Positions 1 to 10,717 of a stretch of DNA of 64,000 bases are shown here, piece after piece. Positions within the stretch are counted from its first letter, which is position 1. Every line of letters starts with the position of its first letter. The translations under genes and the position numbers were made by a program. The DNA is from Dehalococcoidia bacterium (GTDB lineage: Bacteria > Chloroflexota > Dehalococcoidia > Lucifugimonadales > Australimonadaceae). The DNA is taken from the NCBI GenBank assembly GCA_963579845.1, contig CAUZHS010000001.1:71592-135591 (forward strand), in the 5' to 3' direction. The notes under the pieces were generated by a model that saw only the letters and a program-made list of their open reading frames with translations, did no database searches and was not told the origin of the DNA.

Positions 1-386
1 CAGGCTTCACCGCTGAGTCCTTCAGCCGTCAGGAAGTCGGCGACGGGTGCGGGACCTAAGTTGCGGGCTGTGGTCAATATCAGGCCCGAGGACTCAATCA
101 TCACTCCCGTCCAATTGACGTTGCCCCGGCTCATCCTCACCATCGCCGACTCGACAATGCCAATAGCCTCATTGAGCGAGGGCGGAGGCAGTGGAGTGGG
201 CGTTGCCGTGGGCAGTGGAGTGGGTGTGGGAAGGGGAAGCGGCGTTGGGGTGGCCGTCGGGAAGGGTGTGGGAGTAGGAGGCGCTGGAGTTGGGGTTGGC
301 GTTGACGCCGAAGAGCACGCCGCTGCCACAAGGCCAACCAGCACAAATAAAACCGTAAACCAAGGGAGAAGAGCTGCCCGATTCAT
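1..386 (-). CDS. Secreted lipoprotein, N-terminal part. The gene runs off the left edge. It has a Pro/Thr-rich linker followed by a trypsin/HtrA-like segment.
   Basis: My own minus-strand translation from ATG at 386 gives MNRAALLPWFTVLFVLVGLVAAAC (signal peptide plus lipobox-like AAAC). This is followed by SSASTPTPTPAPPTPTPFPTATPTPLPLPTPTPLPTATPTPLPPP, then ...NWTGVMIESSGLILTTARNLG. It is absent from the ORF track because no stop lies inside the window. The listed ORFs 61..411(+), 137..346(-) and 169..396(-) are alternate frames of the same repeat. Confidence 0.6.
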   Translation of the reverse strand, partial: MNRAALLPWFTVLFVLVGLVAAACSSASTPTPTPAPPTPTPFPTATPTPLPLPTPTPLPTATPTPLPPPSLNEAIGIVESAMVRMSRGNVNWTGVMIESSGLILTTARNLGPAPVADFLTAEGLSGEA

Positions 387-643
387 GTGTTCTCAACCCG
401 AATGGCCATAAGCAAAATTATCCGTCCAGGCCACATGTGTACGCTTCATACATAGTACCGATTAACGCACAAAAACGCAAACAATTATCAAACGAAATAT
501 CGGAATACTACCAAAGTGTCTCCTCAACACCGGTTGCACTAACGTGGCACGATCCGAAACAAGGCATTTTAAGGCATCTCTTTGCTATACTTCGATGACT
601 CTCCGCATCAGCGGGGGCCACCCCCCCCCTTTAATGGATACTC

Positions 644-1711
644 ATGATTGACAAGCTCCACACCCTCACTGTCCGCTACGCCGCGATCGACGAACTGCTC
701 TCGCAATCTGAAATCGCCTCGAACCCCGATCGTATGCGCAAGCTCGCCAAGGAACGGTCGTCGCTGGAGCCAGTGGTGCGGGCAATCCAGGAGTACGAAC
801 TCATCAAACAGGCGTTGGAAGATGCCCAGGCTATGACGGAGGACGAGGACCCTGAACTGGCCTCCTTGGCCAAGGAGGAGATCCCCAGCCTTATCCAGCA
901 AATGGAAGGCTTGGAACTTGAGGTAAAACGGGCGCTCATTCCTCAGGACCCCAACGCCGAACACAATGTGATCATGGAGGTGCGGGCAGGCACCGGCGGC
1001 AACGAAGCCGCTCTCTTCGCCGCCGACCTCTATCGCATGTACCTGCGCTACGCTCAACGCAAGGGCTGGAAGGTGGAGCTCGTCAATACCAGCGAGGCCG
1101 AGTTGGGGGGCATCAAAGAGGTTACCTTCCAGGTGGAAGGGCGCGGAGCATACCGGCACCTGAAGCATGAGAGCGGTGTCCACCGGGTACAGCGCGTCCC
1201 TGTCACCGAAGCCCAAGGACGAATCCACACATCCACAGCCACCGTGGTCGTGCTCCCAGAGGCAGAGGAGGTCGACCTCCAGATCAAGCCGGAAGAGCTG
1301 CGTATCGACATCTTCCACGCGGGAGGCGCGGGAGGCCAGAACGTCAACAAAGTGGCCACCGCCGTCCGTATCGTCCACCTACCCACGGGCATCATGTCGG
1401 TCTGTCAAGACGAGCGCTCTCAGCATAAGAACCGGCAGAAGGCGATGACCGTCCTTCGATCCCGCCTTCTGGAGCGGGAACTGCAAGCACAACACGCCGA
1501 GACAAGCGCCGCCCGACGCTCCCAGGTCGGCACGGGGGAGCGCTCAGAGAAGGTACGCACTTACAACTTCCCCCAGGACCGCCTCACGGACCACCGCATC
1601 AACCTCAATACCCACGGTCTTGAGGTTATCCTCGCGGGCGGGCTCGATACGCTCATCGACGCGCTCATGGAGGAGGAACAGGCCCAGTTGCTTCAAGAAG
1701 CCGTGGCGTGA
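644..1711 (+). CDS. prfA: Peptide chain release factor 1
   Basis: 355 aa. It has the GGQ motif (HAGGAGGQNVNKV) and an RF1-type PxT motif (RVPVTEAQGR). Confidence 0.95.
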   Translation: MIDKLHTLTVRYAAIDELLSQSEIASNPDRMRKLAKERSSLEPVVRAIQEYELIKQALEDAQAMTEDEDPELASLAKEEIPSLIQQMEGLELEVKRALIPQDPNAEHNVIMEVRAGTGGNEAALFAADLYRMYLRYAQRKGWKVELVNTSEAELGGIKEVTFQVEGRGAYRHLKHESGVHRVQRVPVTEAQGRIHTSTATVVVLPEAEEVDLQIKPEELRIDIFHAGGAGGQNVNKVATAVRIVHLPTGIMSVCQDERSQHKNRQKAMTVLRSRLLERELQAQHAETSAARRSQVGTGERSEKVRTYNFPQDRLTDHRINLNTHGLEVILAGGLDTLIDALMEEEQAQLLQEAVA

Positions 1712-2565
1712 ACAGCATCGACCAGCTCCTCCGCCAGACTGAACAGCAACTGGTCAAGGCGGGAATCGGCGACGCCCGGTTGGAGGCTGAGATGATCTGG
1801 ATGACCGCGCTCGGCCTGGACCGCACCCACCTCTACGCCACGCTCCAGTTCTCTGTTCCAGCTTCGGCACTTGAAGAGGCAGATGCCCTCATCCGCCGCC
1901 GCCTTCACCATGAGCCCACCGCCTATCTCATGGGGTATCGCGAGTTTTACAGCCTCCGGTTCCAGGTGGCTCCTGGCGTGCTGATTCCCCGACCCGAAAC
2001 GGAAACTCTCGTGGAAGAAGCGCTTCGGCTTCTGAGCCTGCACCCTGGCAAAGCGACGCCAGCAGTCGCGGATGTGGGCACCGGCAGCGGGGTTATCGCC
2101 GTGAGTATCGCAGCACATATCCCCAACGCAATCGTCTACGCCCTGGACATCTCCTCGCGCGCGCTGGAGGTGGCGGCGCTTAACGCCCGACGCCACGGTG
2201 TGGAGGCGCGGGTACGTTTTTCCACCAGTAACCTGCTCGAAGCGCTGAAAGAGCCCGTTGACCTCATAGCCGCCAATTTGCCCTACGTGATGTCAACTGA
2301 AATTCCCACCCTCCAGCCAGAAATCACGCTGCACGAACCCCGTGAGGCCCTGGACGGCGGCAATGACGGGCTGGACCTCATCCGCAGACTGCTGGAGAAC
2401 GCCTCAGCCCACCTCAAACCGCACGGCTCGCTGGTGTTGGAGATGGATCCGCGACAAATAGAAACGGCCTCAACCTCTGCAAAAATAGCCCTGCCCAACT
2501 CCGCCATTCACAGCAAGCCCGACCTCTCGGGACGTCCCCGAATCCTGGTGGTGGAATTGCCCTAG
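1708..2565 (+). CDS. prmC: Release-factor glutamine N5-methyltransferase (HemK/PrmC)
   Basis: GTG start overlaps the prfA stop (GTGA). SAM-binding motif VADVGTGSGVIAV and an NPPY-like motif ANLPYV are present. The position after prfA is the conserved one. Confidence 0.9.
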   Translation: MNSIDQLLRQTEQQLVKAGIGDARLEAEMIWMTALGLDRTHLYATLQFSVPASALEEADALIRRRLHHEPTAYLMGYREFYSLRFQVAPGVLIPRPETETLVEEALRLLSLHPGKATPAVADVGTGSGVIAVSIAAHIPNAIVYALDISSRALEVAALNARRHGVEARVRFSTSNLLEALKEPVDLIAANLPYVMSTEIPTLQPEITLHEPREALDGGNDGLDLIRRLLENASAHLKPHGSLVLEMDPRQIETASTSAKIALPNSAIHSKPDLSGRPRILVVELP

Positions 2566-2610
2566 CTATGCTAGCTGGCTATGACATCCTCTTATGGAAC
2601 GGCGAGTCAT

Positions 2611-2769
2611 TCATGTAACGGCAAACAATGGGCCTAGCCTCGGACGAGGAACAATAACCCAGAACACCGCCAGCAGCACGCCCAGCAGGCGCACCATCAC
2701 AGCGGTGGGTGTGTTAGCGAATGCCAACGCGCCCAAAATGGCCACCACTAACAAGGCGTCTGTCACGAC
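2611..2769 (-). CDS. Possible small two-TM membrane peptide (about 52 aa)
   Basis: Only the part of ORF 2611..2868 downstream of the terminator hairpin is plausible. A GTG at 2769 gives TDALLVVAILGALAFANTPTAVMVRLLGVLLAVFWVIV, which is hydrophobic. The RBS is weak and I recognise no family. Confidence 0.25.
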   Translation of the reverse strand, partial: VVTDALLVVAILGALAFANTPTAVMVRLLGVLLAVFWVIVPRPRLGPLFAVT

Positions 2770-2782
2770 CGTCCCCGATAAG

Positions 2783-2820
2783 AAAAAGGGGAGGGAGCCC
2801 TGTGGCTCCCTCCCCTTTTT
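2783..2820. terminator. Bidirectional rho-independent terminator between prmC(+) and leuB(-)
   Basis: AAAAA-GGGGAGGGAGCC-CTGT-GGCTCCCTCCCC-TTTTT. This is a 12-bp GC-rich stem flanked by an A-run and a T-run. Confidence 0.85.
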
Positions 2821-2927
2821 CTGTAGTGTGTAAACTGCTACAACACTCCCACCAGTTTTAAGTCGCACAGCAACACGCGCGGGATGCGAAGTGCGGAGTC
2901 ATTGCCCTGAAAGCCATGCCTCCACCC

Positions 2928-4025
2928 TCACACCAAGCGTTGGATGATACCCTCTGTCATCTGCTCCGTCGAAACCACCACGCCGCCCGCCGCGATATCG
3001 GGGGTGCGAAGGCCAGCCTTCAGCACCTGTTCCACGGCCTGACTCATAGCCTCAGCTTCAATTTCCAGGCCCAGGGAGTAGCGCAGCATCAAGGAGGCGC
3101 TAAGGATGGTGCCGATGGGATTCGCCTTGCCTTGCCCCGCGATGTCGGGAGCGGTCCCGTGAATGGGCTCGTAAAGACCCATGACCGTGCGAACTCGGCC
3201 ACCGCCAAAGCGGGGCAGGCCCGCCAAACTGGCCGACGGCAGCATCCCCAACGACGCTACCACCACAGCGGCCTCGTCCGAAAGGATATCCCCGAACATG
3301 TTCTCCATCACCATCACGTCGAACCGCGTGGGGTTGGCAATCAGCTGCATGGCGCAGGAATCCACCAACGCGTGTTCCAACTCCACCTCCGGATAGTCCA
3401 TTCCCACCTCCGTGGCGACCTCCCGCCACAGCTTGCTGGACTCCAACACGTTTGCCTTGTCTACCGAGGTCACTTTCTTCCGCCGGCCCTGAGCCAGCTC
3501 GAAGGCCACCCGAACGACCCGCTCCACCTCTCGCTCGGTGTAGCGCAGCGTATCCACTCCTCGTCGGCCCTGAGACGTGGTCCATCGGCGCTTGGGCTTG
3601 GCGAAGTAGAGCCCGCCGGTCAGCTCACGGATGATAATGATATCCGTGCCCTTGACCCGCTCGTCTTTGAGTGGACTGGACCCTTCCATCCCCGGCAGCA
3701 CTGTGATGGGGCGCAGGTTGGCGAAGAGGCCAAGGGCCTTGCGCAGGCCCAAGATGGCAGCCTCGGGGCGTATCGGAGCGTTATCCCACTTGGGCCCGCC
3801 CACGGCCCCGAAGAGCACCGCGTCGCTGCGCTTGGCAGCCTGAACAGTCTCCACCCGTAGCGGGTGGCCGTACCTGTCGATGGCAATACCTCCGACGATG
3901 TCCTCGGAGAAGCTAAATGTGTGGCCGTACTTCGAGCCGACGGTGTCCAGCACCCGGCGCGCTGCCCCCGTCACCTCCGGCCCAATCCCGTCTCCCGGCA
4001 GAACCAATATGTTGAATTGACCCAC
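2928..4025 (-). CDS. leuB: 3-isopropylmalate dehydrogenase
   Basis: Motifs [13 protein letters not shown] and [12 protein letters not shown]. The ORF track extends to 4079, but a GTG at 4025 (VGQFNILV...) lies 5 nt after the leuD stop and avoids a 50-nt overlap. Confidence 0.93.
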   Translation of the reverse strand: MGQFNILVLPGDGIGPEVTGAARRVLDTVGSKYGHTFSFSEDIVGGIAIDRYGHPLRVETVQAAKRSDAVLFGAVGGPKWDNAPIRPEAAILGLRKALGLFANLRPITVLPGMEGSSPLKDERVKGTDIIIIRELTGGLYFAKPKRRWTTSQGRRGVDTLRYTEREVERVVRVAFELAQGRRKKVTSVDKANVLESSKLWREVATEVGMDYPEVELEHALVDSCAMQLIANPTRFDVMVMENMFGDILSDEAAVVVASLGMLPSASLAGLPRFGGGRVRTVMGLYEPIHGTAPDIAGQGKANPIGTILSASLMLRYSLGLEIEAEAMSQAVEQVLKAGLRTPDIAAGGVVVSTEQMTEGIIQRLV

Positions 4026-4029
4026 GAGC

Positions 4030-4638
4030 TTACACCCCCATCTTCGCTTCAAAGGCCGCGATGGCGTCCTCCTGCTCAAGCGTCAGCCCAATTTCGTCCA
4101 GACCGTTCAGCAGGCAATAGCGACGGAACTCATGGGTCTCCGGGTCAGCGTGCATCACGAAGGAAACGCTAAATCCATCCGCTCCGCTGAGCAGGCACTC
4201 CTCTAAGTCCACAGTGATCTGATAACCGGGCGACGCCTGGGCTTTGGCCATGACCTGGTCCACCGTCTCCTGGGGCAGCAGCACCGGCACCAGCCCGTTC
4301 TCAAAACAATTCTTGTGGAAGATATCCGCGAAGCTGGGAGCGATAACGGCCCGGAACCCGTGATCGGTGAGCGCCCAGACCGCATGCTCCCGCGACGAGC
4401 CACTGCCGAAGTTGCGCCCTGTGACCAGCACCTCAGCCTTTGCGTAGGCGGGATTGTTCAGCTCGAAATCTGGGTTGAGCTTGCGGCCAGGAAGGTAACG
4501 CCAGCTATCAAAGAGGAAGGGGCCGAAGCCCGTCTTCTCGATCCGCTTGAGGTACTCCGCCGGAATGATCTGATCGGTGTCCACGTTGACCCGGTCGAGG
4601 GCCGCCACCACGCCGGTTATCATCTTAAATGGTTCCAT
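4030..4638 (-). CDS. leuD: 3-isopropylmalate dehydratase small subunit
   Basis: 202 aa with the motif [17 protein letters not shown]. Confidence 0.93.
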   Translation of the reverse strand: MEPFKMITGVVAALDRVNVDTDQIIPAEYLKRIEKTGFGPFLFDSWRYLPGRKLNPDFELNNPAYAKAEVLVTGRNFGSGSSREHAVWALTDHGFRAVIAPSFADIFHKNCFENGLVPVLLPQETVDQVMAKAQASPGYQITVDLEECLLSGADGFSVSFVMHADPETHEFRRYCLLNGLDEIGLTLEQEDAIAAFEAKMGV

Positions 4639-4650
4639 AGTCCTACCTTC

Positions 4651-5703
4651 CTAGAATGCTTCTTCATCAGCTTCAAGTCGTCCATCGGCCAGCACGCCCA
4701 TAGCTGGTTGCTCCAGAGCCTCCAACTGCAAGGCTCCGTCCAATCTCCGCTTGAAGCGGTCGATATGCCCCCTGCCAACACCATACGCACTGGACGCCCG
4801 CTCAATGGCCCGCCCAATATCATCATACTTCTTATAGAAGCCCCCGAAGGAGCGCTCCAAGGAACTGAGTGCCTCTTGAAGTTGCTTCGCGTTCCGCACA
4901 ACCTCCACGCTCCGGATGCTCAGGATAACCACCTGTAAGAAGGCATAGAAAACATTGGGACCAACGGGAATGACATGGTTATCCTGTGCGAATTCCCAAA
5001 TGGACGATGTCTCCCCCCATTGGTTGCGCTCGGCGATGGTCTCATAGTAGATGGCCTCCGAGGGAATGAACATCAACGCAAAATCTGTGGTACCGTGCTC
5101 CGGCTTCACATATTTTTTCTTGATGCTCAAGACCTGGCGCTTCACCGCTTGCTCGAAAGCCTTCCAGTGAAGCAATTTCTGGTCCTCCGATTCAGCGCTG
5201 AGATACCTCCCATAATCGTCACGCGGGAACTTGGCGTCGATAGGCACCACCGTTTCGCGCAAACGCACCACGCAGTCAACCTTCTCATCGCCCTCTATGG
5301 CGTATTGGCGCTGCCAAACACCCCGAGGAAGCACCTTGTCTAACATTTCCTCCAAGACCACCTCGCCGTAGTTGCCCCGGAGCTTCGGGGACTGGAGCAA
5401 GTCTTTTAGCGAGTGGCCCAGGCGTTGGGCCTCCTCCTGCTGCTGGATGAGCTTCTGGACCGTTTGGCCCATCTCCTTCATCTGGCCAACGGTCTGAAGC
5501 GCATGGCCGGAGATGACATCCTTTGCCCCCTCCACACTCCGCCGAGCGGTGTCCATCTCCGTATGGACGGTAGACTGGAACCCCAGAAACTCCTGCCGGA
5601 GCACCGCCTGGAGCCCCGACACATCACCCTGGCGGCTACGCAGCAACAGGGCTGCTACCAGAAGAATGAGCACGCTAACGGCGATGAAAATGGCGATTTC
5701 CAC
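4651..5703 (-). CDS. rmuC: DNA recombination protein RmuC
   Basis: 350 aa. It has an N-terminal TM helix (MEIAIFIAVSVLILLVAALLL), a coiled-coil region, and an RmuC nuclease-like core (VDCVVRLRETVVPIDAKFPRDDY ... TTDFALMFIPSEAIYYE). Confidence 0.8.
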   Translation of the reverse strand: MEIAIFIAVSVLILLVAALLLRSRQGDVSGLQAVLRQEFLGFQSTVHTEMDTARRSVEGAKDVISGHALQTVGQMKEMGQTVQKLIQQQEEAQRLGHSLKDLLQSPKLRGNYGEVVLEEMLDKVLPRGVWQRQYAIEGDEKVDCVVRLRETVVPIDAKFPRDDYGRYLSAESEDQKLLHWKAFEQAVKRQVLSIKKKYVKPEHGTTDFALMFIPSEAIYYETIAERNQWGETSSIWEFAQDNHVIPVGPNVFYAFLQVVILSIRSVEVVRNAKQLQEALSSLERSFGGFYKKYDDIGRAIERASSAYGVGRGHIDRFKRRLDGALQLEALEQPAMGVLADGRLEADEEAF

Positions 5704-5724
5704 GCTGGTCCTTTGATGACGGCG

Positions 5725-7134
5725 CTAGTCCCCGTTCCAGCTCCGGACGTCCACAAAGTGGCCCGCTATAGCCGCTGCCGCTGCCATGGCCGGACTCACC
5801 AGGTGGGTGCGTCCACCGGGTCCCTGTCTGCCTTCGAAGTTCCGGTTGGAGGTTGAGGCGCTGCGTTCCCCCGGCTTGAGGATATCTGGGTTCATCCCCA
5901 AGCACATGGAACAGCCCGCCTCCCGCCAGTCGAAACCGGCGTCTCTGAACACCTGGTCCAGCCCCTCTGCCTCAGCCTGGCGCTTCACCAACGCTGAGCC
6001 AGGGACCACCATAGCGGACACGTTTGGATGCACCTTGTGCCCCTTAACCACCGAGGCCGCCGAGCGCAGATCCTCCAAACGCGAATTGGTGCAAGAGCCC
6101 AGGAAAACGCGGTCGATGGTGACCGATTCCATGGGCGCATTGGCCTCCAGGCCCATGTAGCTCAAGGCCCGTTCCGCGGCCGTCCGTTCCCCCTCGGAGT
6201 CAAACGAGGCCGGGTCCGGCACCCGCTCCGTCACCGGCACCACCATGCCGGGGTTGGTCCCCCAGGTCACGTGGGGCGCCAACTGGCTGGCATCGAACTC
6301 CACCACATTGTCGTAGGCAGCTCCGGGATCCGACGGCAACTCTCTCCACCTGGCCACTGCCTCGTCAAACGCATCCCCTCGAGGTGCTTGAGGACGACCC
6401 CGAACGTAGTCGAAGGTTGTCTCGTCCGGCGCCACCATGCCCACCCTGGCTCCCGCCTCAATGGACATATTGCACACGGTCATCCGCCCATCCATGGACA
6501 AATCACGAATGGCCTCACCCGTGTATTCCACGGCGTAGCCCTGGGCGCCGTCTACACCGATTTTCCCGATAATCCCCAGAATAAGGTCCTTGGCCGTCAC
6601 GCCCAAAGGCAGCTTACCGTTCACCTGGATTTCCATGGTCTTCAGCGGCGCCTGAACGAGGCTTTGGGTCGCAAGGACATGCTCCACCTGCGAGGTCCCG
6701 ATGGGCATGGCAATGGCCCCGAAGGCACCGTGGGTGGAGGTGTGGCTATCGCCGCAAACGATGATCATTCCCGGCTGGGTGTACCCCTGCTCAGGACCAA
6801 TGATATGCACGATTCCCTGGTCGGGACTATTCATATCGAAAAATGTGACTCCGAACTGCTCCGCATTTTGTTTCAACGCTTGGAGCTGTCTAGCGGAGAT
6901 TTCGTCGGAAATCGGCAATGACCGGTCCGAAGTTGGCACATTGTGATCGACGGTGGCCACGGTCAGGTCTGGACGACGCACACCGCGCCCAGCCATACGC
7001 AGGCCCTCAAACGCCTGGGGCGACGTCACCTCATGAACCAAATGCAGGTCCACGTACAGGATGGCTGGCTTGCCCGCCTCTTCATGGACCACGTGGGCAT
7101 CCCATATCTTCTGGAACATGGTCTTTGGGGCCAT
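5725..7134 (-). CDS. leuC: 3-isopropylmalate dehydratase large subunit
   Basis: Motifs [14 protein letters not shown] and [11 protein letters not shown]. The likely start is the ATG at 7134 ([16 protein letters not shown]), preceded by GGAGGGAAG. The ORF-track start at 7212 adds an atypical 26-aa extension. Confidence 0.93.
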   Translation of the reverse strand: MAPKTMFQKIWDAHVVHEEAGKPAILYVDLHLVHEVTSPQAFEGLRMAGRGVRRPDLTVATVDHNVPTSDRSLPISDEISARQLQALKQNAEQFGVTFFDMNSPDQGIVHIIGPEQGYTQPGMIIVCGDSHTSTHGAFGAIAMPIGTSQVEHVLATQSLVQAPLKTMEIQVNGKLPLGVTAKDLILGIIGKIGVDGAQGYAVEYTGEAIRDLSMDGRMTVCNMSIEAGARVGMVAPDETTFDYVRGRPQAPRGDAFDEAVARWRELPSDPGAAYDNVVEFDASQLAPHVTWGTNPGMVVPVTERVPDPASFDSEGERTAAERALSYMGLEANAPMESVTIDRVFLGSCTNSRLEDLRSAASVVKGHKVHPNVSAMVVPGSALVKRQAEAEGLDQVFRDAGFDWREAGCSMCLGMNPDILKPGERSASTSNRNFEGRQGPGGRTHLVSPAMAAAAAIAGHFVDVRSWNGD

Positions 7135-7295
7135 AGACTCTTCCCTCCACATTTTTTCAGCACGGCGATGATAGGCGATGGGCGGCGAAGGCGCCAGAGC
7201 CCCTTGGCCCACGCCAGCATGGGGGGGATTCCGTTGCCACCTCTAGCAAGATTGTGAAAATCCCTTCCGACCAACCTCCTGCGCCTCCTTCCCTC

Positions 7296-7323
7296 CCTGC
7301 GCCCCGATTGCATCGGGGTCAGG
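7296..7323. repeat. Hairpin element CCTG(CG)CCCCGAT-TGC-ATCGGGG(T)CAGG in the leuA-leuC spacer
   Basis: The inverted repeat was read directly. Its core, CCCCGAT-TNC-ATCGGGG, recurs at 42671..42687. Confidence 0.6.
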
Positions 7324-7425
7324 ACACCGCCTGGACAGGAAGGGGAGGAAAGTACAGATGCGGACACCCGCAGGCTCCCGACAAAAGGGCCTTAGCCTTC
7401 TGCACACCCCTCTTTCAGCAAACTC

Positions 7426-8979
7426 CTAGGGCGTCATGGATGCGGCAGGCGCCTTAGTGGTATCGCCCATAGCCAGGAGCCGGTTCAGCGCATTCATGTA
7501 CGCCTTGGCCGCGGCCACGATGATATCGGTGTGGGCGCCCCGGCCGATATACGTCCGCCCGTTCTGCTCAATGCGGATACCCACCTGGCCCACCGCGTCG
7601 ATACCCTCCGTCACGGAGGTAACTGTGAACTCGGTAAGGTTGTTGGGCACCTGGACAATCTGGTTGATAGCTTTGTAGACCGCATCCACCGGCCCAGTCC
7701 CTATGGACGCGTCGGTGAAGGTGGCGCCCTCAGTGTCGATAAGTCTGACCGTGGCCGTGGCCACCTCATGGTCACCGCAGGTCACCTGCACGTGGTCTAA
7801 AGAATAGGCGGCATCGAAACCAGGACGGGCATCACCCATCAGTGCCACCAGGTCTCGGTCCATGACCTCTCTCTTCTTATCGGCCAACTCCTTGAACGCC
7901 TCGTAAATGCGGTCCATCTCCTGGCCACTGGGATCGTATCCCAACTCATTGAGCCTCGCCTTCAATCCAGCGCGACCGCTCAGCTTCCCCAGCACCAGCT
8001 CGCTTCGGGGCACTCCTACCGAAATGGGGTCCATGATCTCGTAGGTGTTGCTCTGCTTAATCATCCCGTCCTGATGGATGCCGGAGGCGTGCCGAAAGGC
8101 GTTCCGTCCGACGATAGCCTTATTCGGCGGAACGTCGAACCCGGTGATCTGCCGAACCAATTGGCTGGTGGCCTGGAGCTGGGCGGCGTCCACGCGCGTA
8201 TCCGCGCCGAAGTAATCTTGGCGCGTGCGGAGGGCCATGATGACCTCCTCCAATGCGCAGTTGCCAGCCCGTTCTCCGACCCCGTTAATACACCCCTCCA
8301 CCTGTCTGGCGCCAGCCTTCACCCCCGCAAGACTGTTGGAGACAGCCATGCCCAGGTCATCATGACAGTGGACGGACAGCCGCACCGTATCGCCCAGGGC
8401 GGGAACTTTTTCCTGCAAGTAGGCGATCAGGTCGGTGAACTCATCGGGAACGGCATATCCCACCGTGTCAGGAATGTTAATGGTGGTTGCACCGGCCTCC
8501 ACCGCAGCCTCGACGATGTGGCACAAGAACTCCCGGTCAGTCCTAGTGGCGTCCATGGGCGAAAACTCGATGTTGTCCAAGTGCTTCTTGGCGCTGCTAA
8601 TCGCGTTCACCGCCATCTCCACCACCTCTTCCCTATTCTTCTTCAACTGGTGCTCTATGTGGATGTCGGAAGTGGAGAGGAAGATATGGATGCGCGGGTC
8701 GGCGGCGTCCTTCAACGCTTCCCAAGCCCTGTCGATACCTTTTTCATTGGCATGGGACAGCGCACAGATTGAGGCGCCCCGCACCTCCCGCGCGATGGTC
8801 CGAACCGCCTCGAAGTCGCCGTTAGAGCTGATGGGAAAGCCTGCCTCGATGACATCAACCCCAAGCCGTTCGAGCTGCTTGGCGATCTCCAGCTTTTCCT
8901 CCACTGTCATGGCGGTGCCCGCAGCCTGCTCACCATCGCGGAGCGTCGTATCGAAAATCAGTACTCTGTTATCACTCAT
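7426..8979 (-). CDS. leuA: 2-isopropylmalate synthase
   Basis: 517 aa. Motifs [11 protein letters not shown] and [16 protein letters not shown], plus a C-terminal LeuA dimerisation/regulatory domain. Confidence 0.95.
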   Translation of the reverse strand: MSDNRVLIFDTTLRDGEQAAGTAMTVEEKLEIAKQLERLGVDVIEAGFPISSNGDFEAVRTIAREVRGASICALSHANEKGIDRAWEALKDAADPRIHIFLSTSDIHIEHQLKKNREEVVEMAVNAISSAKKHLDNIEFSPMDATRTDREFLCHIVEAAVEAGATTINIPDTVGYAVPDEFTDLIAYLQEKVPALGDTVRLSVHCHDDLGMAVSNSLAGVKAGARQVEGCINGVGERAGNCALEEVIMALRTRQDYFGADTRVDAAQLQATSQLVRQITGFDVPPNKAIVGRNAFRHASGIHQDGMIKQSNTYEIMDPISVGVPRSELVLGKLSGRAGLKARLNELGYDPSGQEMDRIYEAFKELADKKREVMDRDLVALMGDARPGFDAAYSLDHVQVTCGDHEVATATVRLIDTEGATFTDASIGTGPVDAVYKAINQIVQVPNNLTEFTVTSVTEGIDAVGQVGIRIEQNGRTYIGRGAHTDIIVAAAKAYMNALNRLLAMGDTTKAPAASMTP

Positions 8980-9046
8980 AATTCCGCCTCACAAACCTGC
9001 CAGGCACGAATGTCCATCCAGTTTACACGCCTAGACGAATCACAAC

Positions 9047-10042
9047 TCACTTCTTCTTCAAAAAGCTCATCATCCCACGCAATTGAGCGCCGACCTGCTC
9101 CACCTGGTGGTTGGCATCGCGCTCACGCATGGTCTTGAAGTTATGGGCGCCCTCGTGGTTTTCCGCAATCCACTCCCGGGCGAAGGTACCATCCTGAATT
9201 TCGGTCAGAATCTTCTTCATGTTCTGCCGGACGTGGTCGTCCACGATGGACGGCCCCCGGGTGTAGTCGCCGTACTCAGCCGTGTCGCTGATGGAGTAGC
9301 GCATGTACTGTAAGCCCCCCTCGTAGATCAGGTCCACGATGAGCTTCAACTCATGCAATACCTCGAAATAGGCGATCTCCGGCTGGTAACCCGCCCCCAC
9401 CAGCGTCTCGAAGGCAGCCTTGATAAGTGACGACGTCCCACCACAGAGGACGGCCTGCTCTCCGAAAAGATCCGTCTCAGTCTCTTCCTTGAAGGTGGTC
9501 TCCACGATGCCGGCCCTCAAGCAGCCGATACCCATGCCATAGGCCAGCGCGTTCTGCAGCGCTTCACCCGAAGCGTCCTGCTCGATGGCGACCAGCGCCG
9601 GTATACCCGAGCCTTCCACGAAGATCTCCCGCAGCCGGTGGCCGGGGCCTTTGGGCGCAATCATCGTCACATCCACATCCTCGGGCGGCGCAATCTCCTG
9701 GAAGTGGATGTTGAACCCGTGGGCGAACATCAGCGTCTTGCTACTGTCCAAGTGCGGCGCGATGGACTCCTCATAGACCTGACGCTGGATGTGGTCCGGC
9801 ACCAGCATCATGATGACATCACTCTCCTTGGTCACTTGGTCGGGAGTCCCCACCCGGAGTCCCACAGCTTCGGCCCGAGCACGGCTTTGGCTTCCCGCAT
9901 GCAACCCCACCATCACATCGCACCCGCTATCCTTCAGGTTTTGAGCGTGGGCGTGCCCCTGACTTCCAAAGCCGATAATCCCGATACGCTTACCGTCCAA
10001 CCGCCCAAAGTCAGTGTCCTTCTCGTAGTACACCGTCGCCAT
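9047..10042 (-). CDS. ilvC: Ketol-acid reductoisomerase
   Basis: 331 aa with the motif [19 protein letters not shown]. Confidence 0.95.
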   Translation of the reverse strand: MATVYYEKDTDFGRLDGKRIGIIGFGSQGHAHAQNLKDSGCDVMVGLHAGSQSRARAEAVGLRVGTPDQVTKESDVIMMLVPDHIQRQVYEESIAPHLDSSKTLMFAHGFNIHFQEIAPPEDVDVTMIAPKGPGHRLREIFVEGSGIPALVAIEQDASGEALQNALAYGMGIGCLRAGIVETTFKEETETDLFGEQAVLCGGTSSLIKAAFETLVGAGYQPEIAYFEVLHELKLIVDLIYEGGLQYMRYSISDTAEYGDYTRGPSIVDDHVRQNMKKILTEIQDGTFAREWIAENHEGAHNFKTMRERDANHQVEQVGAQLRGMMSFLKKK

Positions 10043-10150
10043 AGTGTTCCCTCCCCTGACTAAATCTTTTCAAGTTTTCGGACAGTAACCGCATGCTGCG
10101 TAGCATCACGCGCGGCCCGAAAAACGTACCGCACACGCCGCTCCTCTACG

Positions 10151-10717
10151 TTAGGGCACCGCCTCCACGTCAGGCGCGCTTTCGGGTGTCGCTAGATCCG
10201 TGGGCAACGACTTGCCCTCCGTGGCCACGGAACCCCGTACCATTGCAACCCTTCCCGTCCGCATCATCTCTCTAATGCCAAAGGGCTTCAGCATCTGAAT
10301 GAGCGCATCGATTTTCTCTTCGTCTCCCGTCACCTCGATAACCACGGTATCCGAGGCAACATCCACGATGTTGGCGCGGAAAATATCCACCACCTGAATG
10401 ATCTCGGCGCGGTTTTCAGGCGTGGCCTTAATCTTAATAAGCGCCAACTCCCTCGAGATAATCGCATCTTCGGAGATGTCATTGACCCTCACCACGTCCA
10501 CCAGCTTGTAGAGTTGCTTGGTCACCTGCTCCACCACGCCATCATCCCCTTGAACCACAAAGGTCATCCGCGATAGGTTGGGAATCTCGCTGTGCCCTAC
10601 GGCCAGGCTGGAAATGTTGAAGCCCCGCCGCCGGAACATGCCCGATACCCTAGTGAGCACGCCAGGCTTATCCTCCACCAACGCCGATATGGTGCGGCCC
10701 TTTACTGCTTTTACCAT
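10151..10717 (-). CDS. ilvN: Acetolactate synthase small (regulatory) subunit
   Basis: ACT domain ISALVEDKPGVLTRVSGMFRRRGFNISSLAVG. It overlaps the ilvB stop by 7 nt. Confidence 0.9.
   Translation of the reverse strand: MVKAVKGRTISALVEDKPGVLTRVSGMFRRRGFNISSLAVGHSEIPNLSRMTFVVQGDDGVVEQVTKQLYKLVDVVRVNDISEDAIISRELALIKIKATPENRAEIIQVVDIFRANIVDVASDTVVIEVTGDEEKIDALIQMLKPFGIREMMRTGRVAMVRGSVATEGKSLPTDLATPESAPDVEAVP

Noticed and set aside
61-411. 116-aa Gly/Val-repeat ORF on the plus strand (GSGVGVAVGSGVGVG...).
   Set aside because: It is the mirror image of the Pro/Thr-rich linker of the minus-strand lipoprotein. That lipoprotein has a proper signal peptide and lipobox.
2594-2833. 79-aa plus-strand ORF after prmC.
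   Set aside because: It runs straight through both arms of the intrinsic terminator hairpin. Its composition is low-complexity Thr/Ser/Ala.
7330-7350. GAGGAAAGT resembling the RNase P RNA P4 motif GAGGAAAGUCC.
   Set aside because: The match is only partial, and none of the other conserved RNase P elements are nearby.
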